A stretch of 64,000 nucleotides of DNA, from contig NW_003526941.1 in assembly GCF_000181795.1 (NCBI RefSeq), forward strand, positions 2,507,700 through 2,571,699, read 5' to 3'. Source of the stretch: Trichinella spiralis. Lineage: Eukaryota. This document shows, piece by piece, positions 22,658 through 36,992 of the stretch; the first letter of the stretch is position 1, and every line of letters begins with the position of its first letter. The translations under genes were made by a program, and so were the position numbers. The notes beneath the pieces are model-generated. The model had not been told where the DNA came from and ran no database searches. It saw only the letters and a list, made by a program, of their open reading frames with translations.

Positions 22658-25600
22658 TCATTTAAACACTAAAGATGGGTTTTTCAACCAGAACGATGGC
22701 ACCCACTGCGGCTCTGTTTCAAGTCGATTAATCGCTGTACGAAGTTCTTGATAACTATGCTCAAGATCATAATTGACCACAACGAGGTCAAAGTAATGTC
22801 CATATTTTTCTTCCGCTTCTTTAGCTTCCGTTACAATAGCTTTCAATTCATCGTCCTAAATGAAAATGAACACTTGCAAAAGTCATTATTCATAAGGATA
22901 AGTTTCATTTACAAGAAGACATACTTTTAAAGTTGGATTCGCTTGCCTCCTTTGATTAACCTTCATCCTTTCCAATGAAGGCGGCGAGATGAATACAACA
23001 AAAGGCATCAGATCTGAATTTCGAATCGCTCGTATACTCTGAAATATATTTGTTTTTTTTTGAATTTGATTAAAAGCCAGTCCCAAAGAGAAGTTCACAC
23101 CACCTGAGGCTTCAAAGTCAGTACACACGTTTTGCCGCGTTCAATAACGCGTCGAATCTCAACAAAACTGGTCCCATAAAGATGTTTCTGATATTCGCCC
23201 CATTCTACAAATTTTCTCGCAAGCACATCCTCTTCGAATTCTTGACGACTGACAAAATGATAATGAAATCCATCCCGCTCGTTGAATCTTCTCAGTCGAG
23301 TAGTATCTGAAATTTTACACAATACAATACAGTACAATACAGTAATCTGAATCGAATAATTTTAATAAATATGATCATACGTGATATTGTGCCGTCAAAT
23401 TTATCTTTCTCATTTTCTAACAGCCGTTGTCGAAGTTCAAAACAACCAACATGCGGTGGTCCGACCAAAACGATCGGTCTTCGACGACCCGTTCTCGACA
23501 AATACAAAGACACCTCTTCGTAGGTGGGAATTTCCTTTTCAAATGGTTCCATTTTCAGATCAAAACTGCGACCCAACTTGAACCGGAACCAATTCGTTTT
23601 CGGATATTTTGCACAAAACAGCAATCCAGCCCTGTGTTTTGCACAATTATCTTTACCAGAATCGGTGGTCAATTCTCGGATGTAATTTTCACGCCTTTAA
23701 ATGAATACTTTTTCTTTTTGAAACGAACATGCAAATGCATATATCTATATCTATATCTATATACTCGATTTGAAAGCTAACCGACGGTATGAGACCGGCC
23801 AACGTTTGGGCGCTGTCTTCACCTTCGCGATAAGCTTGCCACCAGTTTGGATCTTGGGTCGATATTACGTGCAAAATATCTCCCTTGTTGAAGCCAAGAC
23901 CCAACTCTCTACACGGCAAATACACGTCTTCTTCAGGGTTATAATCAAACAACGCTCGGACATGTTTCTACATGAAAAAGATCTTTTTATCAAAATGCAC
24001 TTGTAGTGAAATGAATAAGCAAAACAAATCTTACAACGCCTTTGGGGGCGATTGCATTGTTGTTATCAACAGCCGTATCAGATCTTCTCGATGCAACAAT
24101 GATAAACGTTAATTCACCGAACAGATTACACTGATAATGAGAAATTCTCCGCTTATTAATGCAAATAGATTGATTTCAAGATCATTTCAATTTACCAGAA
24201 GATCACAAACTTCATGAACGGTTTTGCCTCGCAAATCGACGCCATTCACTTCAATTATCTCGTCGCCTGAACGAAGCACAATGTTGAAAAAAAGACAAGA
24301 GACGCCCATCATTTTTACATGATAAATAAACAGTTACCTTCGTGCAGAAGATTCGTTTTCTCAGCCACACCACCACGAATGATTCGTCCAATGACAATTG
24401 CTTCACCGTCATTTTTTACAGTTGCACCCTGAAAAGATTGTAGTTATAATTTTTGTTTGCTAAAACTATTATCAAAAATTGTTATAAAAATTTATACATG
24501 AAGATTAGTAATCCGATTGATTTGACAGTAGGAAAATAAAGTCTAGATTTCGAAAAATACACGCGTATAAATTTAAGAGAAGCTAAAAATGAAAAATATA
24601 AATTATATTTTGAATTTTTTCCGCATGTTGACTTTCAGACAAAATTTGCAATCAAGTTGAATGATTCCCGCTTAGAGCGATCAGTATGCAAATTTTTAAA
24701 ATTTAAATTATAAACGATTGCAATCAAATTTAAATGGTTTATTTTCAATTTTAACTTATTTTTTATACAAATATATGTATTATTCTAATTGAAATAATTT
24801 GTAATTTGTTTGTACGGTTCCGTGTCGGAATGTTAATTTCTAGTTACACAAACTGCGATGAGCAGTCGTTGAAAAAATATGTTTTCAATTAAAATAAATT
24901 TTAAAATACTTTTAAAGAATATTTTCAAAGGAAATTCATTTTTTTAATTTTCAAATTTTAAATTCAGCTAACTGCATCATTTTACATATACAAAAGTACT
25001 GTAGCTGCACTAGTCTTCTTTTTAAAATTCACTTTATCCGGTTTTAGTCGCTCGGGTGGCGGCGCGAAATGGCCGCACGTTGGCGAATCGAGTCGACGTG
25101 TGAATTTGAATTTCAGTACTAAGCGAGGTAATCATTTTTACATTAAATGAACTTTTATATAAATATATTGTAAATTTAATTCGCCTTTTCTTCGACTAAT
25201 TTTGTTTACTTGTTATATAATTGTCGATAGCAATAATTTGCATGCACATTATCATAACTTCCTTAAATTGCATCATTTTCAGTCGAGTTTGAAATTGAAA
25301 ATTTCTTTTACAAATAAATTTTTTTTAACTTTTTATCAATTTTGATTTTATTTATAAAATTTCTGAAAATTACTGAACAAATAATTTTTTAATTATTTTG
25401 AGTCAAATTTTGAAGAAACTCATTTTTGTTGGTTATTCAAATCCATCCCGCTCGTTAGCAAAGAATAGTATTAGAAATATTATTAGATGATAATTTAATT
25501 TAAATAGAATAAAAAATATAATTAAAATAACATAAACCATTGCCCACTATAAAATTAGCGTATTTTTGTTATGTAATAATATTTTTCAAATATTCATTAT

Positions 25601-28102
25601 TCAATGAAAACTGAAATGAAATGAACATGTTGATTTAAGATAAAAGTGTTGATCCACTTACTAACGGCAGATCACCGTCTCTGATCAGTCTTATGATTCG
25701 TAAGTTGTCGCCGCCTTTTTCACCAGTCAACATTGTCTCCAACAATCCCAGACAGCCAGACAACCGCCAACTCTGCGAACCGTCCGTCGTAGGCGTTCGA
25801 TCGATAAATTCTACTGTAAGTAAACTTTATTTTATATTCACTTTTCTCCTCAAAATGATGAAAGGTTTTTGTGTGTGTGTGTCTAGGGAAAAGGTTTTTC
25901 TTTTTTTAAATAATATTTAATAATTATTTTAAAAAAATGTAAGTTTCTTTCTTCATACCAGTTTGATCATGTACTGCTAATAATGTTTTAAAGTATGGTT
26001 TGTCGAGAACGGTTTGTAACTCTGCTGCCGCGTCAGATATTGAATCTCCCAATTGTCGGGTTACCTGTAAAAGAAAATGTCAACAAGATTTTCCTCTTTT
26101 GATTATTTTTCACATTTGCGCACTTCTGAAAGGCAATCCATAGCACTGGGTGAGCTTTTTTCCAAGTAGTTTTGTTTTTCTGGTTGGCTCAAAAATTTCA
26201 CCGCGCAACTGATAGCTTCTTCAGAAACCATTTGTGAAGGTGAATACTGGTCGACATTAGCCACAATCGAGACAGTATTATTCTTCGAATTAAGCTTATC
26301 ATAGTCATGGTTATTGTTGTCAGCGAGGAAAATGTCATCCAACACTTAAAAATGAGATTAGATTTTTTTTTCAGATTTTCACTAATCTTCAATATAAATT
26401 TTAAAAATCGCTCAAGTAATAATTAAATAATTATTGATTAAATTGAGAATGAATATACTGATATACATACACACTGTATTTCGTTTCTTGTCTGCTGAAA
26501 ATGCTTCGTTCTCAGAACCGTTTACTAGCGGTATAGTTTGAGTGCTTGTTTTCTTCAAAGCGTTCAACTTTTTTGATCCACGCAAAGAATTCCTGAAAAT
26601 TCATCGAAAATTGTCATGAAACACATGGGAAAAAAAGATAGCTCAAATCTGAAATTCTGACAATAATTAAAAATGAGCTTTGTGAATTATTCTTCAGTAC
26701 GCTACTGTGTCACAGATGCATAAGAAAATCTCATCTTCAGTTGTTGATATCTGCGAATGAATATTTTGGAAAAAAAGTCAAATTTTAGAGTTGGACAAGA
26801 AATTTTGTTTGTATTAAATATGATATGAAAATTTTTTTGAACAACGAGAAATAATTGAAATAGTGAAGTTTGGTGTTTTGGTTCAGTGAACGAATATGAA
26901 AAACATGCGAAACGTTTACGAAGCGTAAATTCTCATGTAGATAAATCATCGTTGAATAATTTATTATTAATATTTCTTCATGTTGAAATTTATTTGCAGA
27001 GTTCTTCCGCAAAAACAAAATACGTTTAAACTGAAATGATTCGGGTAGAATGTGTTGAATTTTAGCAAATGGAAAAGTATGCATAAAATGCACTTCAGCT
27101 TGTTCATTCACTGTACGATTTTATCAAGCTGAATGAAAAAATTGACGCAGGTCAATCACAAGCGAGTGATAAAATAGCTCAAATAAATATACAAGAAAGA
27201 GGATAAGCAGTGAAATAGCTTTTTGACATTGTAAACAAATGGACTGCACTATTGTTTACCACTGGCAAACAACACTACTCTGTAATTGGTTATGGTAGAG
27301 ATACTGGAAAAAAAATATATATAAGCACTCTCAGTTGTTCAAAAAAGAAGAAATAAATTGTGGAATATTTCTTTTTGAATTTTTTTATCAAGGTATTGCA
27401 ATCTGAGGTGACGAGTTGTTGGGGGTCACGGTCAGTCGGCAGTCATACTGTACAGCTAATTAGATGAATATGACAAAAAAATATTGAAAAAAATATATAC
27501 GACTAAGAAGGCTATAAATCTTTCAAAGAGGATCGACCGCTTCTATGACAGATTACACAGATTATAATTAATAATCAAATATCGTTACGCATTATGCAGG
27601 TGGTGCTTCTTTATGACGGCGGAGTTTTTTTCTTTGAAAAATTTCGCATTGCAGCTGTTGTGCAGAATTAATGAATGCAACTGAGAGCAATAATAAAAAT
27701 AATAATAAAAGAAGAAGAAGAACAGAAATTACCAACAAACACATGCGAAATTATGGACGTGAAATTAATAATAATTTTACCTAAGCAATTTCTCTTCTTT
27801 GGCATGTCGTTCTTCGTTGTCTTTGCGCTTTTGTAAATCTTGACCGTATCTTTTCAAACGTTCCAATCTTGAATCCGCTTCCTCTGAGCAAGACTCTGTC
27901 GAAGAAGCGGCGGTCATTGTTGCTTTTGTTGTTGACAAGGGAAAAGCGATTTGGTCAATGTGGACAGGTGGTTGTTTCTTAGCGTTGACAACAATACCTC
28001 TCTGCATGGTTGCTTGGGAACAGTCGAGATTGGTTTGCGCAACGTCGGTGCTGTTCATCAGCAATAATTCACCGCCTGCAATTGGACTGTTGAAAAACCG
28101 CA
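22658..28102 (-). CDS. MPP5: MAGUK p55 subfamily member 5 (PALS1/Stardust): L27-PDZ-SH3-GuK
   Basis: N-terminal [24 protein letters not shown]27-like exon ~25959-26064; [44 protein letters not shown]3 [40 protein letters not shown]; GuK ending [12 protein letters not shown]. The start codon is uncertain (MRFFNS ATG used). Confidence 0.88.
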
Positions 28103-31100
28103 TGGCACATCCGACTATGATCGCTTGTTTCACTACACTGCTTGCACTACTACTACTACTACTACACTACCCACTGACCGCCGGTCAACACTGCACTGGC
28201 CAGAGGTCAGTGAAAATGTTGGTCACTGTGGTTCTGAGACGGGGCCGTGACCGTTTAAAGTTGGCTTGCAACCAGTCAGCGTTGTGACCTGCTTTGCACC
28301 CTCCGCGACACTACAACGAGCGCTCTCTGTGCTGCTTTCTGTCACTTAATCCGTACGCTCAAGCTTCACGGATTATTTTTGAAGAAGAGGATGAAAATAT
28401 TTTTTTATGGTCAAAAGCAAGATTTCAAAAAAAAATGGTTTATTCGGAGAGAGAGAATGAAAAAATGGAAATTTTGGCATTTAAGCTAGCCAACTGCTAA
28501 AAATAAACTACCGCCAACGGATTGTGAATAAGTAAGCTAGTAAATTGTCGAGAACATGCGAACAACAAACCTGTCAGTCAACAGGAAAAAGGGAAAGATC
28601 CAAGTTGAACAAAAAAGCATCAGCACGTACGGTGAAGGACATAATGTAATAATTGTCCACGCCCAAGGTTAGCGTATTTTCTGGGTCGTGCCATTTTTGT
28701 ATTGAAGACTGTAGTGAAACGTGAAGCCAGCCAGCTGGCTTTTTCAGCACGGCTCTTTTGGAAATGACAATTTTGAACGCATCATTTTTATGTGTGTTGA
28801 GTGGGGAAGGGAAAGAGAGAAAAAATACCTTTCCACATCGTCACTATCTGTTTGTTTGTTGATTGTCGTTGGAAATTGAGAAAACGTCGAACCAGCCTTT
28901 GGCTAACTAATGGAGAAAAGTTTCTATTTGAAAACGTCAAATAAAATGATCAATGATCACAATGACAACATGAAGCTCACTTGAACATGCAATGATTGAT
29001 TTTTCTCATTTACAACTGTCGCTGAAAATGGGCACCTGTTGTTTATTCATGTGAAACGGATATAATGAATACACTACGACGCATAATTTTGTTCAATATT
29101 AATCCGAACTCAAATTGTGCTATGGATGTGAAAAATGTAAATTTCAATCGAATATTAACTTCACTTTTTGTTATCCAATGAATGCAACTGACAACAATTA
29201 TGCAATAGAGGATCATCTTATTCGGCAATTTTATGAATTCATCTCAAAATTTCTGATTGCACAATATTCCAACACACGCACACAAATATATGAATTGTAA
29301 GATAATGGAGTGGTTTAAAATGGAATTTGTCATGTGGTGTGAATAAAAAAGCAGTGTAATATTTGAATAGAAGGAACAGAATTGCGAATACACGTGACAA
29401 TTAAAATCAGTGGAAAAAATGGTGAAAAAAAATATATATTTTTTTCTGTTTTTTTTCTTTTACCTCTCTTCAAGGAAGTTCATTGGCTTTCATTTTCGTT
29501 AAAGTGAAGTGTTTCATAAAAACTTGGCCCGAAATCAGGAGCACAATAGCAGAGCGAGTTTCTCACACGTATACACGCATACAAAGGAAAATTTCCTTTT
29601 AGCTTTGTTCTCAGTTGCTTTGTTTGCATCACTGGCAACTTGTTTAGGCTTCTTCTTTTTCTTTTTTTTTGACTAATTTCATTTACTACAGTATCTAGCA
29701 GATGCAACAGAACGGCACTAGTGTATCTCTCAGACGGTAATTTCTAGTTCGAGGTTTTCTCAGCCGAGGTGCAAATGTAGTAATTTATTTTCTTTTATAA
29801 AATATCTACTGTATTTTTATATCGACTGCTGCTGATTCAACGATTAGATAATTTACAACTGTTAGAAGTTTTATCAGTTAATTAACAAAACAAAACGTAC
29901 GAGCAATTTTACATAATTTGATTTAAAAAAATGAATAGCAGAAAATATACTTGCATTTTACCGTGATGCCGATTGTCAAATGTGGTGCACTTATAAATAA
30001 ATAGCAAGGCAGACTTTTTCTCATATACTTGAGATGACTTTTGCTTATTGCAAAGGGTAAATGGTGACGTGTAGCACTTTTGCAATGACACATGCAAGTT
30101 GGCTGAAGTGTGTGCGTGTGTGTTTGTGTGTCTATTTGATATTCTACTGTTCAGCTTGAAAATGACAAAAATGCATGTTTGTTGACAACTGAATCACTCA
30201 ATGCAGCCGATAGATATTATGATGTGGAATGAAAGCCGATCCTTTGTTTTTTTCTGATTGTCAACAACAACAACAACAACAACAACGATAACAATTACAG
30301 TACTGGGCATTTGTTGTTTTGCTTTCATTTTCAGTTGATCAAAGAATACGTGTTTTGTTTGTTTGTTTGTTTGTTTGTTTTCTGTTTTTGAAAACAGCTC
30401 AGTGGAAAAACGGCAATTTTCTATTTATAATTTGTTTGTTGTTTTGTGAATCATGCAGCTTGTGTGTTTACTGATTGCAACATTTTGCGTAGGCAAACAT
30501 TAGCCTATTTAAAAAATGAAATCAGAATATCATGGAACAATTTTCACACATTATTATTATGAAAAATGGAGAAACCTGAAAAAAAGAAAGAAACTTACCA
30601 ATAATATTTCTTCTCACTTTCAACAAAACGACGCGAGATGGAAAACACTAAAAAAGAAGCACAGCAATAACGTCATTACCGCACATTTTATGCTCGTAAG
30701 TGTAAAGTGGAGAAGAATTCAATTTGGGACACATGTTTGTAAAAAGAAGAAAATATTAACCTTCAATGTGAAAGACGACTATTTTTGAAAGGTGAAATAA
30801 ATGATGAACAAATTAGCAACGAAGAAAGAGAATAATGAAAAATAAAAATGACACGTTGCTTGCTTTACATCCGCAATTTTATAGTCGGCATTGGAAGCTT
30901 TGTGAAAAGTTTAATTTGTTAACAACATGATAATTGTGAAAACCAGTCATTGTATAGCAGACATTTGCTTTGAGCATTTTTACTTCGATGGATTTGAGTT
31001 TTGCAATATGCAAGCAATAATCGTTGTCATCAGTTCGCTTGCTGATTGGTTTTTGTGCAATTTTTTTCATTCGGTTGATGACCACCACCATTTTGCAATT

Positions 31101-31495
31101 TGGAAACAGAAATGATATTAATTTCTTCGAAAAGTCTAGTTAACCTTTTGAAATTAACATTATTTATCATCAACGAAATGTTTTATACGGAAAAAATGTG
31201 CACTTTTTTTTCTAAATTTCTAAATGACATCATTTGACTGTAATTACCACTTTGTAATTTTAATTTTTGAAAATGAAAACTGGAGGCAGCGTGAAAAGGT
31301 TTTTCCACTATTACAGCAAAATGAAATATGCAATCGTTCAAATTACATGTGAAATATTTTCATAAGGATACATCGGCTTATGATTTCAACAAATGCAGAT
31401 TTGTTTGAATATTCATTATTTGACCGTAGAAAGCATTTCAGTATTTTAACGGTTTATTTCAAAATAATTATAAAATATTTATCAGTTTTACTTAC

Positions 31496-33519
31496 TTGAT
31501 GAACTAATTGAACTAGTTGATTGGTGTTCATTTTCTCGACATTGTCGCCATTGATTTCGATTATCTCATCACCAACACGAATACCATGACGATAAGCTGC
31601 TGATCCTGTGAAAAGATGTTGTTCGTTAATTTTTTTGAAAGCATGATTTTTCTATATTTCATGCCATTGGATTAATATTATATATTTGTCATTCATATTA
31701 GTGAAGGATGTCATTTCAAAAATTCAGAAAAAATTTTTACCAATTATAAAATGTGAAAAGCAGAAATCAAAGTTTGGTGTAATTAGTGTTGTAAAGAGGA
31801 AAAATAGCTTAGCGCATTTCTTCAGCAATAGCAATTTGAAAATTCAAACTACGAATTTGATGAAATTTATTATTTCTGATGTTTTCTTCTTTGAAATGAT
31901 CATTTACCATTGTCATTTTTGATTGAATATTTTGATTTAAATTATTTACTCAAATTTCTGACATGCAATTTTTCATTTTAACTAACAACAGCAATTCAAA
32001 TATTATAATATATGCTTGCGTGTGATACTTATATCTGTGTACAATTTATAAGTTATATGCGTATTGCAAAAAATTTTCAACATTTGGCCTCGCTGACATT
32101 GTTTAATCTATCTTCTGTGCATTGCTAGATCATAAAACGAAGGAAAGTAATTTGCAATTTATTTATTTTTTGCATAAATATGCATATTGTCTGTGGTCTT
32201 GAGTGATCATCAACAGAGTATCAGGGTCAAATTTTGTTGTTGCTTTTTAAGTGTTGAATAGAATGTGATCAACGGTTTTAGAATCTGCAGCTGTCAGCAG
32301 CTCCTGATTGATGATCGGCTACTTTAACTATAAAATATGTTGAATATGTTTTTTTTCAATTTATAACGTCATGTATATGGGTGTGTGTATGTGTGGAATT
32401 ATTTTTTAACTTATTGGTATTTTGATTTAATTATGACTGGTTATTTTTTTAAAATTACTAGTCAATGTTTCCCTTGATAAAATGAACACAGTGAGAGTTT
32501 AGTTTGCTGGAAATGAATTTGAACTATTCTTGATGGGCTGGTTTTCTTCTGAGAAAAGCAAATATTTTCTAAATTTTATGGGCATCATTTTTGAAATTGT
32601 TCAACATTGAAAACTTTCTCAAATTATGCTGATTCATCAATTATTCAGCATGTTGGATTACTTTTAATTCGAGCAATTTCATTCTAATTTATTACGGGTG
32701 ACTATTTTGTTTGCAATTTTTCATCTTCAACAACATCTGTCATGAAATATTATGCAAAATTAAGAGAACGGAAAATATTGACTGATAAGAAATGAAACTG
32801 AATCAACTGACAATGCTACATGGTTTTTTCTATTACCATCAGAAGAACATTTAAACTAATAATAGTAATAATAATATGTTATTTCAGTCTGATAAATCGT
32901 TGTATTGTAATGCTTTCGAAATAGGCAGCAGAACGTATCATAATTTATGCAAAACATTTGCATTTGTTGTTCTCTACGGCTAACTATTATGGTTATGATG
33001 TCAGTGACCGGCCTGTGTTGAACCAAAATCACAATAGCTTAGAAATGGACTCTCCGACGTCATCGGCAAAGTGCTTTTGAACGAGTTGTATAATTATAAT
33101 GATAAAATGACAAAATTCAGCTTACCATGCGTAACGTGGTTTATAACCATTGGTCGACAGTTATTGTCCATAGAAAATCCCAACCGGTTTTCGTTATCTT
33201 TCAACATAATTTCCAAATTAAGTACAGCTTGTTTGGAAATAATAGCTTCCTTCTTGTATGCGTCGCTTTGCAAATCCACAGTAGGACAAGTATCAATGTG
33301 CCGGGTACTTTTCCGACATCTTTTGAACGTGTGGAATGTGATACTTTCCGTCTTGATATAGCTGGCCACTTGTGACCACTGATCACTGATCTCAATGGAC
33401 ATTGCTTGCCCTTTGTTGGACCACCAGCCGAAGTAATCGGCTACTGGAGACGAAGTAGTGGAGCGTCGTTGTTGAAAAATGTTGTCAGTTTGAGATGCTT
33501 TTGCAGGACGTAAACGCAT
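31496..33519 (-). CDS. Two exons (33519-33126 and 31605-31496) encoding a PDZ domain; probable alternative 5' end of the MAGUK
   Basis: Spliced in phase 1 (G|gtaagc ... ttttcacag|GA), they read LEIMLKDNENRLGFSMDNNCRPMVINHVTHGSAAYRHGIRVGDEIIEINGDNVEKMNTNQLVQLVHQ, then a gtaagt donor. The downstream partner exon was not resolved. Confidence 0.8.
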
Positions 33520-36500
33520 TTTTCAAATCAGCGCGTTAATGTCGCTATATTCGGCTATTGTTCAACGCTAATACTGTCAACCGGTGGTGGAATAGGAAAG
33601 CATATATGAGCAGGTTGATTCAACAAAGAAATAAATGTTCTGGTGTGTTGATTTTGTTTCGTCGTTGGTATACAGGTGGATAGCGAGCGGCAATGGTTAA
33701 CTGGTTAAAGCATGGCTTTTATTTGCCTAGCACCGAGGTGCAGACTGGGTGCGTTTGGCAGATGTTTGTGGACGTCGGCTACGATTGCATAAAACTCTCT
33801 CAGGGGAAAGGTAACTTCAACCGTAGCAGTTCTCTTCGTCATTGTCATCATCAGCTTTCAGAGATGCATGACAAAAGCTTGCGTTGTGCTAAAAGCGACC
33901 TTGTCTTTTTCTTGTTTATGTTGTTAGCAGACAACGATGATTATACAAGCGTGAAAGGAACGAACTTAAGGTCGAATCGGGTTGTAAAGTTGATGTGAAA
34001 ATATTTCATATTACTATTAATGTTGACGAAAAGTGAAGCCAGTTGTGAATGCTATTGCTGGCTTGATTGTCAAGCAAGCTGTTGGCGGAAACTGGTAACC
34101 GATTACTGGTTGGTTGTTGCAATACTTGCAATAATGATAATCAAAGCTCTTTTGCACCTTTGACCCTGTAAAGCTTACTTCAACTGGGTCATATTTTTCA
34201 ATTTTACAATGCTTTCTGCTTTACCATGCTCATCGACGTTCTGGTTCGACCATTGACGATGCACAGTAACACAGTCGAATAATATACGTATATTTCAATG
34301 CCATGAAATTGAAACTTTGAGCATGTTGTTTGTTGGAAATGTGGAGAATTTCAGAATAGCGAACAATGAAACAAATGATCAATTTTTGTACAATTAATGA
34401 CTACATGGAATGTCAAGTGAAGAGCAATGAAATGCGAAGTTGATACTGATAACAATTTAGCCTGTACATTTGCAAAATATTACATTGATTATTAGTTGAA
34501 ATTTAACTCTGTGCTATGAATGGTGTTTATAATGAACAAATATTATAATTGTAGAAGAAGACGGTTTTAAACAAGCAAGCAGAAAGTTATAATATTCTTC
34601 ATGCAAATATATATATATATATATTTCATTTGCTTTATGAATGATATCACATGGGGCAATTGTTTGTTGTTCGTGTTTATAGTTGTTGTGTATTTTGTTC
34701 AGTTGGTCTCTTCTTCCTGATTGTTTCGCAATAGATTTCATGCAAGTGCAATATTTGCATTAGATAATAGCGTTATTTAAGCTTCATTGGCAATTGCAAC
34801 ATTTCATTGCTGTAATTGTCATCACTCCTCTGTTTTTTTTCTTTGATTTTCACTGTTGACAAATTTTAGAATTGTCACTCATTGATTATTTAATATGGTG
34901 AATTGCGAAAGATATTTTTCGTTCTTTTTTGGTGGTAAGAGAGAAAATTTTTTCAAACAACAGATTTGCATTCTGTGTTTACAACAGACGCGTGTTTGCT
35001 CGCGCATAATTTTAATATCTTCTCAGGCGTTAATTTTTGATTAATAAATTTGCATGCAAATGGATAATGAATACGTTTTCTCTACTCCTATGTGTTTATC
35101 AATGTTCTGGCCAGGGTGAGCCTGTTTCTCACTTGCTTTCCGACTGTACGGATAAAATAAAAGTTTTACTTTTTATTTGAATTTGAAGACGAAGCGATGT
35201 TCCCTTGAGTGACGACTGTTCATGGATAAAGGCACCTACAATCATGTATGATTTATTTATTTCATTTTATTTTCAAATCACATGCTTTAATTTCTTACCA
35301 GAAATTATTGTCCACAAATTCATTTTTCAGAATTTTTAAAAATATTTTCTTCATTGGTAACGTAATCAAAATTGACTATTGTATGATCTTGCATGTGAAT
35401 GTTTTCCAATTTGTTGAAGATGTTTATAATAAGACACACTACTGGTGCAACTGGAATGAAATCTTTCTATCTATCTTCTTTCTATTTTTATTTTTTGGTG
35501 TTTAATAATGTTTCTGTCATTTTAAATATTTTTTCATACTCAGAACAACATATGATCATCTACAATGCACCCATAGCATTATTGAGCATAGTCGAATTTA
35601 TATAATCATCCACTTTTTTATATTCTCAAGTTTTGAATGGAAAACAACAGTTGTTATTTTTTATTTGATTAATTAATTTTTGATGGAGAAGTTTAACTAT
35701 TGATATCAGCTAGTGATGCTAATTTCATTATCTTTTGCAATTATTCATATGAACATATAGAATACGTATGATCATGTGTGGGTTTTATGTCATATTTGTA
35801 CGATTATTGATTTTTATTTAGTAAGTTTTATCTGCAAAAATTAATAATTTAGGAATAAAATTTTCAAATAATAATAGCAGTTATGTCATAATTTGCTGAT
35901 GTGAATATTTTGGAGTAATGGTTCAGTTCATGCTATAAGGAAGTATTAAGCAGGCCTACTTTAGCACGAATTGTTTTTAGCTTTTCTCTTCTACCAATGA
36001 GATGGTTATTAAAATTTATAAAATTGTAATTTTTTAAAAATTGTCAACTACTCTTTTTGAAATATAGATGATGAATTCGAGGAGGTGAAGTAAATGTTTA
36101 AATATTATATAATTTATCCTGCTTAATAATGATTAATGTTGTTGTTTCTTGTAAAATCACTTAAAAGATGGTTTGTTACTTTACAAAATTGGCATATCAT
36201 GTATATTGATTTAAAGGTATGAAATTTTCGTGCAAGTGGCAAAAGCAAATAGCCAAAAAAGAAATAGTTGCCGGGAGGGATTTTTTTTGAAAAAAAGTAT
36301 TCTTTGCGCAAGGTGGTGAGTGGTGGTTGGATGTCGTTGTTTTATTGACCTGTCGAAGTGAGTATTGACAAGAATTTTTATAATTAAAACGCGCTTTCAT
36401 TGATTCTGCCACCCCCTGTTAGCAGCGTCGCCTAGGCATTGCGCGATTACAAAGAACAGCTGACCAGGACGGTCGACAGGGACCAATGTGTGGCGCTTTG

Positions 36501-36851
36501 GTTTATGCTTCTTGTTGTTTACGCGTTAAGCAACAACAACAACAACAACAACAACAAGCAGCGTTGCGTCGTTGACAACAGGAAAAACAAAAAATCTCTC
36601 ATACATACAAGCAGAGAGTGACGGAGAGGCACTTTTCAAGGCTTGCTTACACCAATCGCATTTATTCAATTGTTTTCTCTTTCCCAGTTCTTTCTCTCTG
36701 CTTACGAGCCGATGCAGGAATTTTGTTGTTTGAACATTCCAATTCAGCATAATTTGATCACTCGTTTGTTTATTTATTTGTTTGTTTGTGGTGAGACTTT
36801 ATTACTTCATCGAAGCAGCTTTTGAAAAAATATAAAAAATAATAATAATTA

Positions 36852-36992
36852 ATGACAAGTCGAAGACGATCTACGGCTACCACTAAATTGAGTAGGCGAG
36901 CGAGAAAACGTGATGCGCAGGATGAGAGAATTAATCTAGAAATAAATGGAGAAGATGATGATCATTGCACTTCTGCTAAACAGAGTTGCCAA
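36852..36992 (+). CDS. FoxP: Probable first coding exon of FoxP
   Basis: ATG then 47 codons, MTSRRRSTATTKLSRRARKRDAQDERINLEINGEDDDHCTSAKQSCQ, ending at a phase-0 donor gtacgt; compatible with the next exon. Confidence 0.55.

Noticed and set aside
24995..25110. Y RNA / sbRNA identity for the intronic hairpin (TTATC next to a CAC/GTG stem)
   Set aside because: The GUG-CAC stem is oriented opposite to the sbRNA consensus and the terminal stem motif is absent. Kept only as an unassigned structure.
35100..35245. Possible solo LTR (TG...AATAAA...CA)
   Set aside because: No clear terminal inverted repeat, target-site duplication or second copy in the window.
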